This document shows, piece after piece, positions 45,752-50,696 of a stretch of DNA of 50,696 nucleotides. This DNA comes from an uncultured Erysipelotrichales bacterium (GTDB lineage Bacteria > Bacillota_I > Bacilli_A > Erysipelotrichales > CAZWEF01): the NCBI GenBank assembly GCA_964632125.1, contig CAZWEF010000004.1, forward strand, positions 1-50,696, written 5' to 3'. Positions within the stretch are counted from its first letter, which is position 1. Every line of letters starts with the position of its first letter. Made by a program: the position numbers and the translations under genes. Below the pieces are notes generated by a model, which searched no databases, was not told where the DNA came from, and was given only the letters and a program-made list of their open reading frames with translations.

Positions 45752-46478
45752 AGTAGCTTTAGTAACAGGTGGATCAAGAGGCATTGGCCGTGCGATTGCC
45801 ATTAAACTTGCAAGTCAAGGATATGATGTTGCGATTAACTATCATGGTAATGAAGCTAGTGCTAATGAAGTAAAGTCAATTTGTGAATCAAAGGGTGTAA
45901 AGGCAATGATTATTCAAGCAGATGTTGCATCTTTTGAATCTTGCCAAAAAATGGTAGAAGCAGTAAATGCAACACTTGGAACCATTAGTGTTTTGGTAAA
46001 CAATGCAGGAAAAACGCAAGATCAATTGATGATGATGATGGAAGCTGAATCATTCATGGATGTTGTCAACACCAATTTAGTTGGTACATTTAACTGTATG
46101 AAACTTGTCATGAGACAAATGATCAAACAAAAATATGGACGAATTGTAAACATGTCATCTGTTGTTGGTATTACTGGTAATGCTGGACAAACAAATTACA
46201 GTGCTTCAAAAGCTGGTGTTCTGGGTTTAACCAAATCTGCTGCGCGAGAAGTAGCAGGTAAAAATGTGTTGATTAACGCTGTTGCACCAGGCTTCATTGA
46301 AACAGACATGACAAATGTTTTAAGCGATCAAGTAAAAGAATCAGTCATCGGTCAAATACCATTAAAACGATATGGAAAAGCTGAAGACATTGCCAATATG
46401 GTAGCTTTTTTGGTGAGCGACCAAGCAGATTACATTACTGGCCAAGTGTTTAATGTTGACGGCGGGATGGTGATGTAA
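45744..46478 (+). CDS. fabG: 3-oxoacyl-ACP reductase
   Basis: TGGSRGIG, NNAG, NYSASK, VAPGFI. Confidence 0.97.
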   Translation: MTKVALVTGGSRGIGRAIAIKLASQGYDVAINYHGNEASANEVKSICESKGVKAMIIQADVASFESCQKMVEAVNATLGTISVLVNNAGKTQDQLMMMMEAESFMDVVNTNLVGTFNCMKLVMRQMIKQKYGRIVNMSSVVGITGNAGQTNYSASKAGVLGLTKSAAREVAGKNVLINAVAPGFIETDMTNVLSDQVKESVIGQIPLKRYGKAEDIANMVAFLVSDQADYITGQVFNVDGGMVM

Positions 46479-47701
46479 TGGAACGTGTTGTGATTACTGG
46501 TCTTGGTGTTGTTGCTTCACTTGGACAAGAGGTAGATGTATTTACACAAGCAATCAAAGAAGGGCAATTGGGGATTACCCCAATTGAAGGTTTTGATACG
46601 AGCAATTTTAAAGTTAAATTAGCTGCTGAAATTAAAAACTTTCAAACAGATGTTGTTGAGAAAAAAGCTCTAAGACGACTTGATCGTCATCAACAATATG
46701 CACTTCATGCTGCAATTAAAGCTTATCAAGATGCTGGACTTAATAAAGATCAAGAAGATCCTTATCGTGTTGGTGTTTTAATGGCAACAGGTATTGGTGG
46801 TCTTCAAACCATTCAAAATGAAGTGACTAAAATGGTTGAAAAAGGTCCTGAGTGGATTTCACCATTCTTTATTCCGATGAGTATTGCTAACTTAGCATCA
46901 GGTCATGTCTCAATTGCACTGAATGCAAAAGGAATTAGTGCTGCAATTGTTACAGCATGCGCAGCTTCAGCAAATGCTATTGGAGAGGCTTTCCGTTATT
47001 TAAGAGAAGGGCGCTTAGATGTTGTCGTAGCAGGTGGAACTGAGGCAAGTATTAATGAAATAGGTATTGCTGGTTTTCAAGCAATGCAAGCATTGAGTAC
47101 TCAAACAGATCCAACCCGTGCGTCTATTCCATTTGATCAAGACAGATCTGGATTTGTGATGGGTGAAGGCAGTGGAGCATTGATTATGGAAACATTGTCT
47201 CATGCAAAAGCTCGTGGAGCTAAGATTTATGCTGAAGTTGTTGGCTATGGTGCAACTTGTGATGCGTATCATATTACAGCACCAAGTCCTGATGGAGAAG
47301 GAGCTATTAAGGCTATTGAACAAGCGCTTGATGATGCATCAATTGATGCCAGTCAAGTCGACTATATCAATGTTCATGGAACATCAACTAAATTGAATGA
47401 TTCAACAGAATCGGTTGCAGTGAATCAAATATTTGGTAAAGATGTCAAAGTTAGTTCAACAAAATCAATGACTGGGCATCTTTTAGGAGCAGCTGGTGCA
47501 ATTGAAGCGTTAATTTGTGTTAAAGGTCTGCATGAAGGTTTCATGCCCCCAAACATTAATCTACAAAATCAAGATGTGGATTGTGATGTCAACATCATCA
47601 AAGAGACACTATATACAAATTATCAATATGCAATGAGTAATTCATTAGGATTTGGTGGCCACAATGTTTCACTGATCTTTAAAAAGTGGGAGGATTCATA
47701 A
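46478..47701 (+). CDS. fabF: Beta-ketoacyl-ACP synthase II
   Basis: [26 protein letters not shown]. Confidence 0.97.
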   Translation: MERVVITGLGVVASLGQEVDVFTQAIKEGQLGITPIEGFDTSNFKVKLAAEIKNFQTDVVEKKALRRLDRHQQYALHAAIKAYQDAGLNKDQEDPYRVGVLMATGIGGLQTIQNEVTKMVEKGPEWISPFFIPMSIANLASGHVSIALNAKGISAAIVTACAASANAIGEAFRYLREGRLDVVVAGGTEASINEIGIAGFQAMQALSTQTDPTRASIPFDQDRSGFVMGEGSGALIMETLSHAKARGAKIYAEVVGYGATCDAYHITAPSPDGEGAIKAIEQALDDASIDASQVDYINVHGTSTKLNDSTESVAVNQIFGKDVKVSSTKSMTGHLLGAAGAIEALICVKGLHEGFMPPNINLQNQDVDCDVNIIKETLYTNYQYAMSNSLGFGGHNVSLIFKKWEDS

Positions 47702-48120
47702 TGAATAGTAATCAAATACAGGCTATTATACCACACCGTTATCCATTTTTACTTGTGGACCGAATCATTGAACAAGGTGATAACTATGCTGTTGGAATTA
47801 AGTGCGTGAGTGTTAATGAGATGCATTTCATGGGTCATTTTCCTCAAGAACATGTAATGCCTGGTGTATTAATCATTGAAGCTCTTGCACAAGTAGGTGC
47901 AGTGGTGCTTTTAGGCAAAGAAGAAAACAAAGGTAAGATCGCTTATTTTGCTGGTATTAACAAAGCACGATTCAAACGTAAAGTTGTGCCAGGAGATGTG
48001 CTAACATTACGTATTGAGTTAACAAAATCACTTGGAAGTATTGGTATTGGTAAAGCAGTTGCCTCTGTCGGTGATGAGGAAGCATGTGTTGCAGAATTAA
48101 TGTTTGCAATTGGTGATTAA
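47701..48120 (+). CDS. fabZ: 3-hydroxyacyl-ACP dehydratase (start ATG 47701)
   Basis: [25 protein letters not shown]. Confidence 0.97.
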   Translation: MNSNQIQAIIPHRYPFLLVDRIIEQGDNYAVGIKCVSVNEMHFMGHFPQEHVMPGVLIIEALAQVGAVVLLGKEENKGKIAYFAGINKARFKRKVVPGDVLTLRIELTKSLGSIGIGKAVASVGDEEACVAELMFAIGD

Positions 48121-48144
48121 GAGTTGAATATCAACTCTTTTTTT
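48119..48144 (+). terminator. fab operon terminator
   Basis: AAGAGTTGA-ATA-TCAACTCTT plus T run. Confidence 0.85.
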
Positions 48145-48163
48145 CTTTGTTTTTTGATTGCGA

Positions 48164-48192
48164 TTGACTAAGTATTATAAGCACGATATACT
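48164..48192 (+). promoter_or_regulatory. mgtE operon promoter
   Basis: TTGACT-17 bp-TATACT. Confidence 0.75.
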
Positions 48193-48258
48193 TAAGATGA
48201 AGCATATAAATGCGTTCAAATGTTGTTTGAACAATAGATAAGTGAGGGGGATTTTTAT

Positions 48259-49608
48259 ATGGATCACATTACCGTTGATTTATTACATGATCTGGTTTCA
48301 AAAAAGAATGTGACCAAATTAAGGCAAGTATTTGCAGATAACAATATTGTCGATTTATCAGATGTTGTTGATGAGTTATCGATGCAAGATGCGATTTTTG
48401 TTTATCGAGCCTTAAATACTGAGCTTGCTGCTGAATTATTTGCATATTTAGATCCTTCTAGACAAGAAGATTTAATCAATGGATTTTCTAATCAAGAGTT
48501 GGGAGATATCATAGAGAATCTCTATTCAGATGATGTGATTGAGTTGTTAGAGGACTTACCTGCTAACATGCAAAAGAAAATTTTACAAAATGTAGGACAT
48601 GAACGTCGAAATGAGATTAATGCTTTACTGAATTATCAAGATGGCACTGCAGGTGCTATGATGACCACTGAGTATGTTGAGTTAAAGACCTCAGATACAG
48701 CAGAATCAGCGCTCATAAAAATCAAGAAACAAGCTAAAGAAGCAGAGACATTGAGTTATTGTTTTGTGATTGATGATACGAGACGTCTACAAGGTGTTGT
48801 TCGTTTAAATGAAATTGTATTTACAGACAGTAAAAACTTAATTGAAAAAATTATGGATGACAATGTTATAAGCGTCTTTACACATGATGATCAAGAAAAA
48901 GCAGCTGATTTGATTAAAAAGTATGATGTTAACGTTTTACCAGTAGTTAATGAGCAATATCGTTTGATTGGGATTATCACAGTTGATGACATCTTAGATG
49001 TGATTGAAGAGGAAACAACTGAGGATATCCAAAAAATGAGTGCCATGATTCCACTTGAAGATTCGTATAAACGAACTAGTGTGCTGCAAATGTATCGTAA
49101 GCGCATTGTTTGGTTACTTATTTTAATGATTACCGCTACCTTAACACAAATCTTAATGGGGAGATATGAAGCGATTCTTCAAACGACATCACTTGGTATC
49201 TTTATTCCCATGCTCATGGATTCTGCAGGTAATGCAGGGAGTCAATCATCAACCTTAATCATTCGTAGTTTAGCATTAAATGAGATTAGTCCTAAGGACT
49301 ACATGCTTGTTTTGATGAAAGAAATTCCTGTGGCATTACTTGCAGGGGTGACACTTGTGGTTGTGAACTACATTCGTATTTTACTGATTCCACTTATTAA
49401 TCCAAATAATATGGAATTATTGATTTTATCATTAACACTTGTCTTTTCAATTCTCATTTCAAAAGTAATTGGAGGTCTCTTACCTTTAGGAGCAAAAGCA
49501 TTAAAGATGGACCCAGCAGTTATGGCAGGGCCGCTCATTACAACCATCGTTGATGCTGTGACGTTATTGCTGTACTTTATGCTAGCAGTCACATTTATAG
49601 GTCTATGA
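48259..49608 (+). CDS. mgtE: Magnesium transporter MgtE
   Basis: MgtE N-domain, CBS pair, GIITVDD, GNAGSQ, DPAVMAGP, TTIVD. Confidence 0.96.
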   Translation: MDHITVDLLHDLVSKKNVTKLRQVFADNNIVDLSDVVDELSMQDAIFVYRALNTELAAELFAYLDPSRQEDLINGFSNQELGDIIENLYSDDVIELLEDLPANMQKKILQNVGHERRNEINALLNYQDGTAGAMMTTEYVELKTSDTAESALIKIKKQAKEAETLSYCFVIDDTRRLQGVVRLNEIVFTDSKNLIEKIMDDNVISVFTHDDQEKAADLIKKYDVNVLPVVNEQYRLIGIITVDDILDVIEEETTEDIQKMSAMIPLEDSYKRTSVLQMYRKRIVWLLILMITATLTQILMGRYEAILQTTSLGIFIPMLMDSAGNAGSQSSTLIIRSLALNEISPKDYMLVLMKEIPVALLAGVTLVVVNYIRILLIPLINPNNMELLILSLTLVFSILISKVIGGLLPLGAKALKMDPAVMAGPLITTIVDAVTLLLYFMLAVTFIGL

Positions 49609-50003
49609 GAGTTGCACTCATCGCACTGTTGGTTGACCAACAATTACTATGTCTAAGACGTTCTATGATAAATCCAGTGGCCCCTTCGATGTGGGAATTA
49701 CCTGGAGGTAAGGTAATGGGCGTTGAAACAACAAAAGAGGCAGCCATAAGAGAATTAGAGGAAGAAACAGGTATTAAGCATTTAAGCCTTGAGTCACTTG
49801 GTTACTTGTCAAAACATCAAAAGCCAACTGGTATGACCGTTGAATTATTTGTTGGTACATTACTTGAATGGCCTATGATTCGACTTCATTTAGATGAACA
49901 TGATGCTTATCAAATGATTGACTTCATGAATGTAAGTTTTGATGATCAATGGCTTAAGACCATGGATGAAGCAGTTGAGAAAATAAAAAAATGGAGGAAT
50001 TAA
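49605..50003 (+). CDS. NUDIX hydrolase (MutT-like)
   Basis: WELPGGK...ET..EAAIRELEEETG. Confidence 0.88.
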   Translation: MRVALIALLVDQQLLCLRRSMINPVAPSMWELPGGKVMGVETTKEAAIRELEEETGIKHLSLESLGYLSKHQKPTGMTVELFVGTLLEWPMIRLHLDEHDAYQMIDFMNVSFDDQWLKTMDEAVEKIKKWRN

Positions 50004-50004
50004 T

Positions 50005-50696
50005 ATGGCAACACCACATATAGAAGCAAAAAAAGGAGACATTGCATCAATCGTTTTAATGCCAGGAGATCCACTTCGTGCAAAGTATATTGCAGATAAC
50101 TATCTAGAAGATGTTGTATGCTTTAATACAGTGCGTAATATGTTTGGATATACTGGAACTTATAAAGGTAAAAAAGTATCTGTTATGGGCTCAGGTATGG
50201 GTATGGCATCTATCGGGATTTACAGTTATGAATTGTATTCACAATATGATGTTGAATCAATTATTCGAATTGGTTCATGTGGTTCATTTAAGGAAGAAGT
50301 TAAAATTAGAGATGTGATCATTGTTCAAGGGGCTAGCACAGATTCGAATTTTGCAGCTCAGTATCACATCAACGGTCAACTAGCAGCACTAAGTGATTAT
50401 GGCTTGTTAGCACAAGCAGTAGAACAAGCAAAGGCATTGAATGTTCGTTATCATGTTGGAAACATCTTATCTTCTGATGTTTTCTATCATGCTCAAGATA
50501 ACAGTGATATGTGGAAGAAATGGGCTAGTATGGGAGTTTTAGGAGTTGAAATGGAGTCATTTGCATTATTTTGTAATGCTCAATATTTAAATAAAAAAGC
50601 GCTCTGTATCTTAACAGTGTCTGATTCACTTGTGACACATGAAGCAACTTCAGCAAAGGAAAGACAAGATACGTTTAATCAAATGATGGAAATTGC
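50005..50696 (+). CDS. deoD: Purine nucleoside phosphorylase, runs off the window end (not in the ORF track)
   Basis: MATPHIEA, MPGDPLRAKYIA, VRNMFGYTGTYKG, GSGMG, RIGSCG, VEMES. Confidence 0.97.
   Translation, partial: MATPHIEAKKGDIASIVLMPGDPLRAKYIADNYLEDVVCFNTVRNMFGYTGTYKGKKVSVMGSGMGMASIGIYSYELYSQYDVESIIRIGSCGSFKEEVKIRDVIIVQGASTDSNFAAQYHINGQLAALSDYGLLAQAVEQAKALNVRYHVGNILSSDVFYHAQDNSDMWKKWASMGVLGVEMESFALFCNAQYLNKKALCILTVSDSLVTHEATSAKERQDTFNQMMEI

Noticed and set aside
1185-50317. Short antisense or alternate-frame ORFs in the track (for example 1185-1403, 9489-9767, 9894-10238, 27745-28140, 40318-40584, 47015-47323, 50111-50317)
   Set aside because: All are nested in well-supported genes, with no SD, no motif and shadow-like composition

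Overview
AT-rich chromosomal segment of a low-GC Bacillota bacterium. TGA is used as a stop, and murF/ddl and rubrerythrin are present; an Erysipelotrichia/Clostridia-like anaerobe is my guess only. The window is mostly core genome: four tRNA genes, typA, ldh, a CiaRH-like two-component system, two ABC systems, a RelP-like alarmone synthetase, deoC, nagB, PTS genes with GH38 and GH13_18 enzymes, murF/ddl, rubrerythrin, a YcaQ-like glycosylase, a complete acc/fab cluster, mgtE and a truncated deoD. I saw no CRISPR array, IS element, integrase or prophage. Best leads not covered by the ORF track: (1) a fluoride riboswitch with a clear terminator platform (~6973-7051) heading an operon for an NHA/SLC9B-like cation:proton antiporter plus a heterodimeric ABC exporter, with no crcB or eriC in the window; (2) a probable ATA start codon for the U32/RlhA-like gene; (3) a CiaR-type box and promoter upstream of the ciaRH-like genes; (4) a stand-alone 41-aa membrane microprotein; (5) an orphan, CcpA-boxed Man-family EIIA/EIIB pair; (6) a PTS-GH38-glucosylglycerate-phosphorylase-like cluster; (7) two FabT-like boxes in a fab cluster that has no fabT; (8) two convergent genes whose stop codons sit at the centre of a perfect 22-bp palindrome. 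All motif calls are by eye and family assignments are from memory; no searches were run.
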